IMG/VR virus record: IMGVR_UViG_3300048592_001371
Coordinates: 1-64,000 of that record
Length of the DNA: 64,000 nucleotides
Source of the DNA: a virus
Direction: 5' to 3' (one strand)
The notes beneath the pieces are model-generated. The model ran no database searches. It saw only the letters and a program-made list of their open reading frames with translations, and was not told the DNA's origin. This document shows, one piece after another, positions 40,831 to 50,655 of this stretch. How positions within the stretch are numbered: position 1 is the first letter of the stretch; every line of letters starts with the position of its first letter. Made by a program: the position numbers and the translations under genes.

Positions 40831-42978
40831 ATGTCCTCCATACATTTCACAGATACCGTAACTCATCTTCCCGCCGAATGGGCGAATGACGTAGACGCTC
40901 TTGTCTATGACATTTTCTCCGCCGCGCAAACGCGCGCCGAAGCGCTGGTAGCCCTAGGATTGCGAGGGATGGCGTTGCAAAGCCCGGAATCGGTGAACAT
41001 CACCGGCGGGAACATTAACGGAGTTCAACTCGGCACCTTGAATGCGGTGCCGTTTGCCGTTATTGACATCCTGACATTGCAACAGGATCCTGTAGCCGAC
41101 GAGCAAGCGGTTCGTTTGGGCTACATGAAGTCCTTTGTCGATTCCGAAGTCGACGACAAGATATCCGTGTTCTCCAGCTCGCTTGGAGACATGGCATGGC
41201 AGAATGCGAACAACATCGCTGTCATCGGTGGCGTTCTTGACAACGTCACGATCGGCGGTTCTTCTCCGGCCAACGGCAAATTCATCAACCTGAAGATGAC
41301 GTCTTCTCCTTCGCAGGGTGACGATGTAATCACTCTGGGTTGGCTGCAAGCGGCCTATGGCCCGTTGTTCTCAAGCATCAAGTCGATGGCCTTTCAGGAA
41401 GACACGGCTGTTGACATAAACGGTGGCACGATCGACGGTGTGGACATTGGAAACGATGTTCCCGGATCGGGTATCTTCAGCGTTCTGCAAACAGCTACTG
41501 CGCCTACGTCAAACAACGACGTTACGAACAAGCTGTACGTCGATAACACGGTTGCAACTCTGATTTCCGGCCTTGGTACGATGGCGTACCAGAACCACGG
41601 AGCTGTGAACATTCTCGGTGGTACGATCCAGAACACCGTCATCGGTAGCTCCTTCCCAAATACTGGTCGATTCACTCAGGTGCAAATCGACAACAACCAA
41701 GCCTCGTTGTTCCTCCGAGCGGGAACAGCGGTGCCGGCCTCGGCCGAAGCGCGCATCTCCTTCCAGGAAGCTCTTGTCGAGCGTGGTCTGATTACGCTGG
41801 TTGGAGCGTCCAATACGGCCTACGATGCTTCGCTGCAAGGCTCGCTGTATATCCAAGCTGCGGCGACTCTTACGTTGCAAGGCTACTCAGCGGTTGCTAC
41901 GCTGACCGACTTAAACGGTCTGCATGTGAAGCATGGAACTCCGATTGCCAATCCGCTGACGATTACAACCTACACTCCCTCGATCACTGCCGGTGCCATT
42001 ACGGGAGCGGTCAAACGTGGCTCGGTAAGACTGTACGGCTCAGCAGTAGACTTTGGCACGATTCAGCAGAGCGCAACTTCGATGCATGTGGATGCGGGAT
42101 CCATTGTTCTGAACGGTATCGGGACAGGCACGATTCTCTTGAACGGTGCCGCGCCGGTCCTGGGTTCCGAACGGGCTCAGGCCCTCGACGGATTGTACGC
42201 AAACGTCCTGCGTTCACAGACCGCTTCTTTCGGTAATGTCGGTGCCACGGATACGGGATTATTGCTCAACGGCGTTACGATCAAACGTGCGAACATGTCG
42301 GGTGCCGAGCCCAACTCTACGTTGCGGATCGCGAACGCCAAGCAAGCGGGATCTACATTCTTGCAAGACACGCTGGCGGTTGATTTCTGCGCCGGCACTG
42401 ACACGGCTGTCGGTACAAAGATGGCCCAGATTCGAGTGCCTACGGAGGGTAGCGATCCTTCGTTCAATATCCGGGTGTATGATTCGGCCACTCTCGACCT
42501 GGAGCACATCGCGGCCTTCTACAAAGTTGGCATGGTTCTGGACAAGGACGGAATCGCCAAAGGCTGGCATTCGTTCTACGAATCTGCACTGGGCGTTACC
42601 GGAGCTGTGAACCTGGACATGGGCCTACATACGGTGTTCTATCAGAACATTGTGGGCGCTGTGACCTATACATTCTCGAACGTCCCTGCCCTGCCCGGCG
42701 TGATGCAACGCTTCGAGCTTTATGTCTATCAGGGTACAGGCGGAGCCGCGATCACTCTGCCTGCCGGTGTGTATTGGGCCACGCAGGTACCAAACTTTGC
42801 AGGAGCCCCGATAGGGCAAACGGACGTTATCGATCTGGTGACGTTCAATAGTGGAACAACGTGGGTAGCAAGCTGGAGACGGGGCCGTCCTGTGCCGTAT
42901 GGCGGAACCGTTGGTCACGTTCTTACTCGGGTTGCAGGTAGCGCTGATCCGTATGCCTGGCAAGCAGGTGGCGGTTAA
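40831..42978 (+). CDS. tail fibre protein 6
   Basis: Shared anchor module, three further MAxQ..V.I.GG repeats, adaptor-type domain. Confidence 0.75.
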   Translation: MSSIHFTDTVTHLPAEWANDVDALVYDIFSAAQTRAEALVALGLRGMALQSPESVNITGGNINGVQLGTLNAVPFAVIDILTLQQDPVADEQAVRLGYMKSFVDSEVDDKISVFSSSLGDMAWQNANNIAVIGGVLDNVTIGGSSPANGKFINLKMTSSPSQGDDVITLGWLQAAYGPLFSSIKSMAFQEDTAVDINGGTIDGVDIGNDVPGSGIFSVLQTATAPTSNNDVTNKLYVDNTVATLISGLGTMAYQNHGAVNILGGTIQNTVIGSSFPNTGRFTQVQIDNNQASLFLRAGTAVPASAEARISFQEALVERGLITLVGASNTAYDASLQGSLYIQAAATLTLQGYSAVATLTDLNGLHVKHGTPIANPLTITTYTPSITAGAITGAVKRGSVRLYGSAVDFGTIQQSATSMHVDAGSIVLNGIGTGTILLNGAAPVLGSERAQALDGLYANVLRSQTASFGNVGATDTGLLLNGVTIKRANMSGAEPNSTLRIANAKQAGSTFLQDTLAVDFCAGTDTAVGTKMAQIRVPTEGSDPSFNIRVYDSATLDLEHIAAFYKVGMVLDKDGIAKGWHSFYESALGVTGAVNLDMGLHTVFYQNIVGAVTYTFSNVPALPGVMQRFELYVYQGTGGAAITLPAGVYWATQVPNFAGAPIGQTDVIDLVTFNSGTTWVASWRRGRPVPYGGTVGHVLTRVAGSADPYAWQAGGG

Positions 42979-43059
42979 GAGCAACTCGTGTGACCGGTCA
43001 TGTAAATTAACATTGGCCGGGTACGGCACATTCAACCAAACCGTAATAGGAGAAGTAAC

Positions 43060-43413
43060 ATGGCAAAAATCGACGTCGCGCAGTCCCTGAAAACCATCGA
43101 TGGCAAATCCGACCTGACCCAGGTGGTCAAACAAGGTGATGCTCCGGTTCCTGTCACGCTGCGCGAAGTTTGCGTCCAGTGTCTTCTGACACCGACCGAC
43201 AAGGACGCCAATATCGGGGGCGACGAGAAGCACAAACGCTACACGCTGGCGCGCAAGATCGCTACGGCCGAAACAGGTGAAGATGGCACAAGCCTCGTTT
43301 CGCTGAAGTCGGACGAAATCCAGCTGCTGAAAGCCCAGATTCCCAACCTCTATACCTCGCTCGTTACCGGCCAGGCCTACAACCTGCTGGAAGGCGAGGC
43401 GGAAGCTGAGTAA
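43060..43413 (+). CDS. hypothetical protein
   Basis: AGGAG SD, strongly biased codons. Confidence 0.7.
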   Translation: MAKIDVAQSLKTIDGKSDLTQVVKQGDAPVPVTLREVCVQCLLTPTDKDANIGGDEKHKRYTLARKIATAETGEDGTSLVSLKSDEIQLLKAQIPNLYTSLVTGQAYNLLEGEAEAE

Positions 43414-43415
43414 GA

Positions 43416-44300
43416 ATGCAAAACTACCAGATAACACAGGCCGGAATCACTGCCGCGTTCTACGCTGGCTCAGGTGGTCCCAAGATCGAGATCAACGAAT
43501 TTCGTCTTGGGACAGCCTACGGTTATACGCCGAGTCTAGCGGATACTTCCCTTCACGGGAGCGTCCTCTATTCCGGCGTGCCTCTGGGTTATGCTGTCAT
43601 TAATCAGGACACGTGTCAGTACTCGCTTCACGTCGACGAAACGGTAGGGAATTTTGACTTTGGCGAAATAGGATTGTACATCAACGGCGGAGTTCTCTTC
43701 GCCTTGCAATCCTTGCAGTTGCCGCAGCGCAAGATCGCTCAACCGGATTCCGACTGGAACGAGATTCTGCTGAAAGCTCAACTTCAGCTGACCAATCTGC
43801 CGGCCTTGATTCAGTGGACAGTTGAGAACCTGACGACAGGTGTTATTCTGGAGTTGTCGCAGTTCGAGCTGGTCGATCCACCGGATACGAGCGATGTGAA
43901 CGCATGCATCGTACACCAGGGGGATGAAGAAGGAAATCATGCGTTCATAACCAAGCGTGACGGTGACATCTGGGATGTTTCCACTCACCGTCACGCGGTG
44001 GTTGCGCAGGGTACTGTAGGTTCTGCAACGGGAGTGAGCGTGTCTTCTCCGGACATCTTCGGGGTGGACAGTTTGTTCCCATTAGGCAAATACCTGTTAC
44101 GATTCAGAACTGGCGTCCACAGGGGACAGTTTCGCAGGTTGGCGTATTCTCTGGGCTCAACCGTAGGTTGGGCTACCGCCTTCCCGACTCCAGCGAACGT
44201 AGGAGACAAGTTTGACATTCTTCAGTCGGACGTCAGTCTGCTGCAAGGTAGCGATGATCTATCGTTCCTGCATGCCCTGATGCTGAGGAAGACCAACTAG
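43416..44300 (+). CDS. tail-collar/fibre attachment protein (DUF3751-like N-terminus)
   Basis: IT.AG...I..F.LG and F.FGEIGLY...LFA motifs. Confidence 0.7.
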   Translation: MQNYQITQAGITAAFYAGSGGPKIEINEFRLGTAYGYTPSLADTSLHGSVLYSGVPLGYAVINQDTCQYSLHVDETVGNFDFGEIGLYINGGVLFALQSLQLPQRKIAQPDSDWNEILLKAQLQLTNLPALIQWTVENLTTGVILELSQFELVDPPDTSDVNACIVHQGDEEGNHAFITKRDGDIWDVSTHRHAVVAQGTVGSATGVSVSSPDIFGVDSLFPLGKYLLRFRTGVHRGQFRRLAYSLGSTVGWATAFPTPANVGDKFDILQSDVSLLQGSDDLSFLHALMLRKTN

Positions 44301-44308
44301 GTGGCTAT

Positions 44309-44626
44309 ATGTCCATTCAATATACGGGTCCCGGTGTAGCACTTGGGGTAGCACCAGTCACGGTCTACGCGTGCCCGATGACAATCAAGGCAGGAAACAT
44401 TGCTGGCGGTTTGATTGCCAACAATGATTCCGTGTTCCACAGAACGATCCTCGTCTCCGGTATGATTACGGGACGCAATCTTTCAGTCTTTACGGAAGTA
44501 GAAGTGCCTTACGGTTCCTCGCTTCCTTTGCCGGTCATGACGTTAAACCCAGGAGAAGAATTGCGTATGTGGGCTAACATTAGCGGCGTGGTCAACGTCA
44601 CACTATCAGTTGGGGAGCAGAAATGA
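44309..44626 (+). CDS. small virion protein
   Basis: VYACP...LNPGEEL pattern; tiles. Confidence 0.55.
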   Translation: MSIQYTGPGVALGVAPVTVYACPMTIKAGNIAGGLIANNDSVFHRTILVSGMITGRNLSVFTEVEVPYGSSLPLPVMTLNPGEELRMWANISGVVNVTLSVGEQK

Positions 44627-45060
44627 ACCACTTTGGATTTCCGTATATTCCAAGAGCGGCCCCGTTCGCCTTCAAGGAAGTGCCTCTGGGTTATGTCATC
44701 GGCCCCGATGATGTTGGCCTGACGCTGGGTTTGAATTTCACAGGAAGCATTTCCCTGCCCAAGATCAACGCCTTGCCATTCCCCAGAGCGTACTGTTTGA
44801 TGCTCGCGGCATTGGCCGGAAGCGTAACAATCCTCGTTCCCAGCGGTGACAACATTCGGGATGGGGTAGCAGATGTTGGGACGATGGTTCTGCCGCACGG
44901 AGCCTCGGCCCTTTATATACCGTGGGATATTTCCGCTTCTGGACGTTGGTGGTTGATACGTCAAGGGCGGACAGTGCCTCATGGTGGCGCAATCGGGCAA
45001 GTTCTTACTCGTGTTACGGGTACGGGCGATCCCTATGCGTGGCAAGCAGGCGGTGGTTAA
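44623..45060 (+). CDS. small fibre-associated protein
   Basis: C-terminal 31 aa homologous to the end of 40831..42978. Confidence 0.6.
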   Translation: MNHFGFPYIPRAAPFAFKEVPLGYVIGPDDVGLTLGLNFTGSISLPKINALPFPRAYCLMLAALAGSVTILVPSGDNIRDGVADVGTMVLPHGASALYIPWDISASGRWWLIRQGRTVPHGGAIGQVLTRVTGTGDPYAWQAGGG

Positions 45061-45107
45061 TAGACCCGCCAATTTCGTGAACTAGTCACTTACTCTAGGA
45101 GAGAAAC

Positions 45108-45758
45108 ATGGGAATTCGTGCCATCATCAACAAGAAAACCGGGCGTCTGGTTTCGACCATAGCCGGGGACAGAACGTATGAAGCTTCTGCGGTTCTGGAA
45201 AGCAACCCGGATTTGCGCGTTCGCTACTTGAACGTCAAGCTCCCGACAGGTTACCGCCACGTCGACGCCTCGCGTTACAAGATCAATGCTCGAGGCGTGG
45301 TGTTCAAGTCGGCAGTGACTGCTGACGAAATCGTCGGCCTCCGTGTGGATGCGGCCAAGATTCGCGCTACAGCTCTGATCCGCACATTGGTCGAACTGAA
45401 ACGTCGGCCTCTGACCAAGAACTACACGCTGCAGGGTCAAACCTACCGCGAGAAAGCGTTGCAAGCCAAGGCCCTGAAAGACGCGCTTGTTGCCAATCCG
45501 GGAATGTCAGACACACAAGTCGAGGCCGTGGCACCTATGGTTCTCGACTACGCACGTCTGAAGGGCATTTCCAATTCGGCGGCCGCTGACGACATCTGTC
45601 TGAAGTGGGACGCGGTTCTGGCTACCGCGCGTACGACGGAGAACCAGCGCCAGACCTTCAACGAGCGCATCAAAACGGCGACTACAGAAGAAGAAGCTCT
45701 GGCTATCGAGCAAGAACTGCGCGACCTGATCACTGCCGCAACGCAGCCGGCCGCGTAA
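45108..45758 (+). CDS. fibre-assembly-like helical protein, paralog A
   Basis: Q..Y..K..A...PM...A..G...A..I...E..R...I..A pattern shared with three downstream genes. Confidence 0.6.
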   Translation: MGIRAIINKKTGRLVSTIAGDRTYEASAVLESNPDLRVRYLNVKLPTGYRHVDASRYKINARGVVFKSAVTADEIVGLRVDAAKIRATALIRTLVELKRRPLTKNYTLQGQTYREKALQAKALKDALVANPGMSDTQVEAVAPMVLDYARLKGISNSAAADDICLKWDAVLATARTTENQRQTFNERIKTATTEEEALAIEQELRDLITAATQPAA

Positions 45759-45772
45759 TTCGTAGTACAACA

Positions 45773-45805
45773 AACGGGGTGGCTTTCCACCCCGTTACCT
45801 TTATT
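45773..45805 (+). terminator. Rho-independent terminator-like hairpin
   Basis: AACGGGGTGG-CTTT-CCACCCCGTT followed by ACCTTTATT. Confidence 0.6.
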
Positions 45806-45814
45806 GGTACAGAA

Positions 45815-46543
45815 ATGTTGAGACTGTCCGAAATCTACAAACCTGTGTTCTCGGCAGATGATGTGAGACTGGTATCGGAAACATTCTGCCACTCACTCGC
45901 TCCCGGATACGCAGACATTATCGGCCGACTATCCAAAGGCCTGCAAGTCCGCTCTGCCTCTGATGCAGACCTTGACATGCTCAAGTATCTACGCGGACTT
46001 AACGTCCTCTCGTATGAGGACACTGCTCTCTCCAGCGAGAACCCACTCATGTACTGGCGCCTATTGGGTTACAGTACAGAGTACGTCCAGAAGCAAATCA
46101 AACACAATACAATTCGGGTACTAGGAGGGGACAACCCAGACATCGATGCCTTCTCAGAACAACTGGCCGCTCTGGGATGGACAATATGCGATGACAGTCG
46201 AGTACGGGTGATTCTGCTGAACAGCCAGGCTCAGATAGATGAAGCACTGTCGTTCTACGGTCTGCGTATGGCGACTATCCCAATAGTGCTAGATCGATTT
46301 CGCGCCTCAATTGGGCCGTTGTACTACCCCGGTTTGCTCGAATGGCCGAATCTGAGCAAACAAGCGGAAGCCTCTCCGGTCTACTTGAAAGAAGGGGCCG
46401 GACTGATTCCAGCGTACAAGTCGATTCAGCTAAGACTGGTTGCCTTGTACGTTGCAAGAATTCTGATGTGCCTTGAGGACATTGCGAGCTGTTTCCTAGA
46501 GCTCGATCTGACGACCATGCGAGTGAAGGAGCGACATGTCTGA
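45815..46543 (+). CDS. TOMM cyclodehydratase C-protein-like (RRE + degenerate E1) leader-binding protein
   Basis: YWRLLG, IRVLG, IGPLYYPG and terminal LELDLTTM...H motifs resemble the N-terminal part of PatD/TruD-type C proteins; no YcaO domain. Confidence 0.55.
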   Translation: MLRLSEIYKPVFSADDVRLVSETFCHSLAPGYADIIGRLSKGLQVRSASDADLDMLKYLRGLNVLSYEDTALSSENPLMYWRLLGYSTEYVQKQIKHNTIRVLGGDNPDIDAFSEQLAALGWTICDDSRVRVILLNSQAQIDEALSFYGLRMATIPIVLDRFRASIGPLYYPGLLEWPNLSKQAEASPVYLKEGAGLIPAYKSIQLRLVALYVARILMCLEDIASCFLELDLTTMRVKERHV

Positions 46544-47450
46544 GATCACGAATTTCGACTTGTTCGTAGGGTACAATCAAAGGCCATGGACATTCTCTAC
46601 GAATCCTTCCGACAAGTTCATGGTCTGGTCGAAGCGCCTGAAGCGCAAAATCTTCCCCTTCCGAGACGAGCTAGCACAAGCGGCGCAAGAATTATCAGTA
46701 CGCGGACTAGGTCCCTTCTACGTTCTGTATTCTGGTGGCTACGACAGCGAAGCAATCCTAGCAGCCTTTCTGGAGAACGGTCTGCCTGTTGTCCCGATCA
46801 TGGTGCGATATACCGATGAGAGCAACTCGGAAGACTTTGAACACGGGCTAAACTACTTAGCCCACTACGAGATGTCTCCGATCATCTACGAGATAGATCT
46901 GGCGAAGTGGATACACTCACAGGAGTGTCGTGACCTAGCAGAGAAGGTGCAAGCCGGTGATCTAGCAACGACAGCCATCTACAAGGCTGTGCTAGATATG
47001 CCGCAACTGCGCGAAGGCTTCTTTATCATGGGTTTGCACGAACCAGCCATCTACGCCCAGGACACCGAAGAGAAGCGTGAATGGGTACTGCTGGAAGAGG
47101 AGAAGTGGTACGCACATCACAAATTCCTACTGGCCCACAATCTACGTGGGATAGGTGCCTTCATACACTACAGCCCGGAGCTTTACACGTCCTTCGTGGT
47201 CAATCCAGCGTACATGCGTGTGTATGCGAACATGTTCAATCCTGAGCTGTGGCAAGCCGAGTGGGTGAAGCATCAGTTGTTCTCAAAGTATCTGCGCTTG
47301 GAGCGTAGAGAAAAACGGACAGGGTTCGAAGCGATTCAAGGTGAGGTCAATCGTATCAACCACGAATGGATACGAGAGCACGAAGGATTGTGGGATAGGC
47401 ACTACGTGACGCCTGTCCTAGATTGGGTACGTGGAGTAGGCCACCTATGA
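46536..47450 (+). CDS. PP-loop adenine-nucleotide alpha-hydrolase family ligase
   Basis: LYSGGYDSE PP-loop; REKRTGFE near the C-terminus. Confidence 0.7.
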   Translation: MSEITNFDLFVGYNQRPWTFSTNPSDKFMVWSKRLKRKIFPFRDELAQAAQELSVRGLGPFYVLYSGGYDSEAILAAFLENGLPVVPIMVRYTDESNSEDFEHGLNYLAHYEMSPIIYEIDLAKWIHSQECRDLAEKVQAGDLATTAIYKAVLDMPQLREGFFIMGLHEPAIYAQDTEEKREWVLLEEEKWYAHHKFLLAHNLRGIGAFIHYSPELYTSFVVNPAYMRVYANMFNPELWQAEWVKHQLFSKYLRLERREKRTGFEAIQGEVNRINHEWIREHEGLWDRHYVTPVLDWVRGVGHL

Positions 47451-47905
47451 ATATAGTCAAGATCACAAACGACAAAGACGTGATGCGTCTCATGCTGGAG
47501 GAAAAGCGACCTCTGCAACAGGTCTTTGGCGTAGAGAACGTCATGCGCGGCTACACTGACGAGCAAAGCGGCTACTTCGGCGTCTACAAAGAGCTCTGTT
47601 TGTCTAGTGCCTATCAGTGCTCGGCTTGGTCTGATGTCCTGTTCGTACATGACATCGTTGGAGCAATTCAGGATGTCTGGTTGCACATACGAAACGGACG
47701 CAACTTTGTAGCATACGTCCGAAAGGGTAACATGCCGAGCCTGGGGGAGCTAGAAGGTCTGTTTGGCCTTCCCGTCTTCGCCAACAGCACACGGAATTTG
47801 GACTACGCAATGCTCCATTCTCTGTTCAACTACGTTCTTCCTCAAGAGAACGGTTACGTTATAGCGAGCCAAAAATGGGACATTCCATTGATGATAAGCC
47901 TGTAA
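47447..47905 (+). CDS. hypothetical protein
   Basis: ATG overlapping the upstream stop; tiles. Confidence 0.6.
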   Translation: MNIVKITNDKDVMRLMLEEKRPLQQVFGVENVMRGYTDEQSGYFGVYKELCLSSAYQCSAWSDVLFVHDIVGAIQDVWLHIRNGRNFVAYVRKGNMPSLGELEGLFGLPVFANSTRNLDYAMLHSLFNYVLPQENGYVIASQKWDIPLMISL

Positions 47906-48762
47906 TCATTTGCTCCTTCCCGAGGAGCGGCAGTACGTTGCTTCAACGATTGCTGAACACACATGACGATCTATGCATCTGGGGAGAGAACCTCGGTCTT
48001 CTGACAGCTATGCTAGACCAGATTGCAGCCTTGCGCTGGACGGGAACAGATCCCAAGACAGCGGCCCAAGTCAAACAATCTTCCGAATTTTCTCCGGTCA
48101 GCACTCCCTACACGGCTTTCGATCTGCAAGAAGCGTTCAAGAAACTCCTCGTCGGCTTTTACGCTAGAGGGTTGAAAGAGAATATACGCTGGGGCTACAA
48201 AGACCACAATCACTACTACCCATTCGATCTAATTGAGATCAACAAGATATTCCCCGGGGCTCAGTTCATCGTATTGAGAAGGAACGGTCCAGACTGTTGC
48301 ACGAAAGCTATATTGGCGCCTTGGGTGCGCGAGAAGATAGAAGGCACTCCGAGCCTGTTAGGAGTAGACGTGCGTGCCAGTATGGACAGCTTGGTCTCTT
48401 CCGTCATTCTCACCTATCTGCAATTCAACACCTTCGCTTCGAACGTCTACAAAAACAGAACAGACGTGAGGGTGATTGAGTACGAGGATCTGGTGCGAAG
48501 TCCTGAGCATGTGATCGAGCACTTGTCGCAATTCTTGAATCTACGGCAGGACGGCTGGAATATTGAAGCCTTCGAGACACAGCTATCAACGAAGCTGGGG
48601 AAAACGCCCAGTCAGGGAAGCTATGGCTTCATGACAGAAGAGTTGGTACGGGAGTACGTGGACAAGTGGTGGAGGAAACTGGTAGTAGAGGGCAACGTCG
48701 AACGGCGAGAGCGTGATCTTCGTTGGAACGTTGTGACGGGTAGACACTGGCGCTGGTACTGA
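47875..48762 (+). CDS. sulfotransferase family protein
   Basis: FPRSGSTLLQRLL, WGYK, FPGAQFIVLRRNG, IEYEDLV..P. Confidence 0.88.
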   Translation: MGHSIDDKPVIICSFPRSGSTLLQRLLNTHDDLCIWGENLGLLTAMLDQIAALRWTGTDPKTAAQVKQSSEFSPVSTPYTAFDLQEAFKKLLVGFYARGLKENIRWGYKDHNHYYPFDLIEINKIFPGAQFIVLRRNGPDCCTKAILAPWVREKIEGTPSLLGVDVRASMDSLVSSVILTYLQFNTFASNVYKNRTDVRVIEYEDLVRSPEHVIEHLSQFLNLRQDGWNIEAFETQLSTKLGKTPSQGSYGFMTEELVREYVDKWWRKLVVEGNVERRERDLRWNVVTGRHWRWY

Positions 48763-48769
48763 GGAAATC

Positions 48770-49189
48770 ATGACTTCTGTTCGTGTATCGCAAGAGAAAC
48801 TGAAAACAGGCTCGCTGGACGTGGCGGAACTGGTTCTGGAAACCCAGCTCGATCTAGCGCGTAGAAACATTACCGCTGCGTACTTCCCAATACGAGAGGA
48901 ACTGGACGAGACATTAGTTCTGCGCGCCATGAACGGAGAACTGGCGGCTGTTCTCGTTTGGCGAAAGTATGTCGACTCTATCTGGATCATCATAGCAGCC
49001 GTGAAGGATGGCTTCCGAGGGCAAGGACTGCATCAACTGCTGCATCAAGAACTGGACAAGGTAGCGCGCCAACTTGGCATCGGCGTCATTGAGACGTATG
49101 TCGGGACAGAGAACAAATCAGTGCTGCGGTCCTACGAAAAGATGGGTATTACGCCACAGATGTACTACATCAAGAAAAAGGTGCCGTAA
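48770..49189 (+). CDS. GNAT acyltransferase 1
   Basis: V...FRGQGL motif A; N..VLRSYEKMG. Confidence 0.85.
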   Translation: MTSVRVSQEKLKTGSLDVAELVLETQLDLARRNITAAYFPIREELDETLVLRAMNGELAAVLVWRKYVDSIWIIIAAVKDGFRGQGLHQLLHQELDKVARQLGIGVIETYVGTENKSVLRSYEKMGITPQMYYIKKKVP

Positions 49190-50655
49190 TGCTGTTGGAG
49201 AACGTCGATCTGTTGCTCATTTCGGATTGCTACGAAACTCCGTATGTAAGGTATAGCGGCCCCTACGTCCTCGCTTCCTACCTTCGCAGGCATGGTCTGA
49301 GAGTGCAGGTAGTAGACTACTTTTCCCGCTTCACAGATACCGAGATAGAAACCATAGTAGACGTGTGCGTTGGCTCCAATACCAAGGCGGTAGGAGTATC
49401 GGATACATTCTCCGGCAAGCCCTTGCATGAGCTCGCAGATGGATCGACCTATGGTTGGCCCTTCTTCGAGAGGCATGACAGGATACGTCGCTTCATCGGC
49501 AATGTCAAGCGCAAGAATCCGAAAACGCGACTGTTGATGGGTGGGCAAAAGACCACTCAAGGACTAAGCGCCGGGTACATAGACACATACTTCCATGGGT
49601 TCGCCGAACAGTCACTTCTCGCTTATCTACAAAGCGAAGGACATGAAGTTCCACGTGTCGTCAAAGAAGCCACCATCCCGAATTGGAAAGACATCCCAAC
49701 CATTCATCACGAGTCCGACAACATCCTCGAAGGAGAAACGCTGCCGTTAGAAGTGTCTCGTGGCTGTATCTTCAACTGCAAATTCTGCTCATACCCCCGT
49801 CGAAATGCCAAGGACTTGAACTACATAAAGTCGGAGGAAGCTATCTACCAGCAGCTTCTGCACAACTATGAGCAATATGGCACTACCTGTTACACGCTAC
49901 TGGACGATACGCACAACGATTCGAAAGCCAAACTCGAAACCATTCGGAACGTTCTAGATCGTCTGCCGTTCAGCATCGAATTTGCTACCTATCTGCGGCT
50001 CGATCTGATAGCCAAAGATATGTCCACCGCGGAGTTGCTCATACGAAATGGACTACGTGGAGCCTTCTTCGGAATAGAGACACTACACAAGGAAGCGGGA
50101 CGACTCGTTGGAAAAGGCCTAGAGCCTGACGAAACGAGAAAGGCGCTGCGAAAATTACGGGAGTTGTGGGGAAACGAAGTAGGAACGCAAGGTGCTTTCA
50201 TCCTAGGCTTGCCGAAACAGCCAGAAGCTGATGTGATACTGATGTGCGAAGAGGTCTGCGACCCTTCCTTCCCGTTACATGGCCCAATATTCTTTCCGTT
50301 GATCATGTATCCAGGCAGGACAAATCCCTCACCGTTCGAGAAAAATCCGTCCCTATACGGGATACGCTTGGAGGAAGGGGATCGGCACGGGTATTGGCAT
50401 AATAGTGAAACCGGCATGGACTTCGAACGCGCGATAGAGATTCAAAACGAATACACGACGCGCATCTACCGCAATCACAGACGCCAATGTGGAGGTTTCT
50501 TGCCCATCATGGCAGTTAATCTAGGTATCAAAGCGCGGGACTTAATCGGCATGCCCGCGAGGGTCGCTCATAAGAAGTACAATATGCAGTCGAGGGAGTC
50601 TCCCTATTTGGCAAAGTACAAAGCAAAGGTTCTGGGAACAACGGAGGGGCAATGA
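49189..50655 (+). CDS. cobalamin-dependent radical SAM enzyme 1
   Basis: B12-binding N-domain (GPYVLASYLR..G.RVQVVD); SRGCIFNCKFC; FGIET; FILGLP. Confidence 0.88.
   Translation: MLLENVDLLLISDCYETPYVRYSGPYVLASYLRRHGLRVQVVDYFSRFTDTEIETIVDVCVGSNTKAVGVSDTFSGKPLHELADGSTYGWPFFERHDRIRRFIGNVKRKNPKTRLLMGGQKTTQGLSAGYIDTYFHGFAEQSLLAYLQSEGHEVPRVVKEATIPNWKDIPTIHHESDNILEGETLPLEVSRGCIFNCKFCSYPRRNAKDLNYIKSEEAIYQQLLHNYEQYGTTCYTLLDDTHNDSKAKLETIRNVLDRLPFSIEFATYLRLDLIAKDMSTAELLIRNGLRGAFFGIETLHKEAGRLVGKGLEPDETRKALRKLRELWGNEVGTQGAFILGLPKQPEADVILMCEEVCDPSFPLHGPIFFPLIMYPGRTNPSPFEKNPSLYGIRLEEGDRHGYWHNSETGMDFERAIEIQNEYTTRIYRNHRRQCGGFLPIMAVNLGIKARDLIGMPARVAHKKYNMQSRESPYLAKYKAKVLGTTEGQ

Noticed and set aside
42883-45060. 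Possible diversity-generating retroelement VR/TR pair
   Set aside because: Differences are not adenine-specific, both copies are coding, and there is no reverse transcriptase in the window
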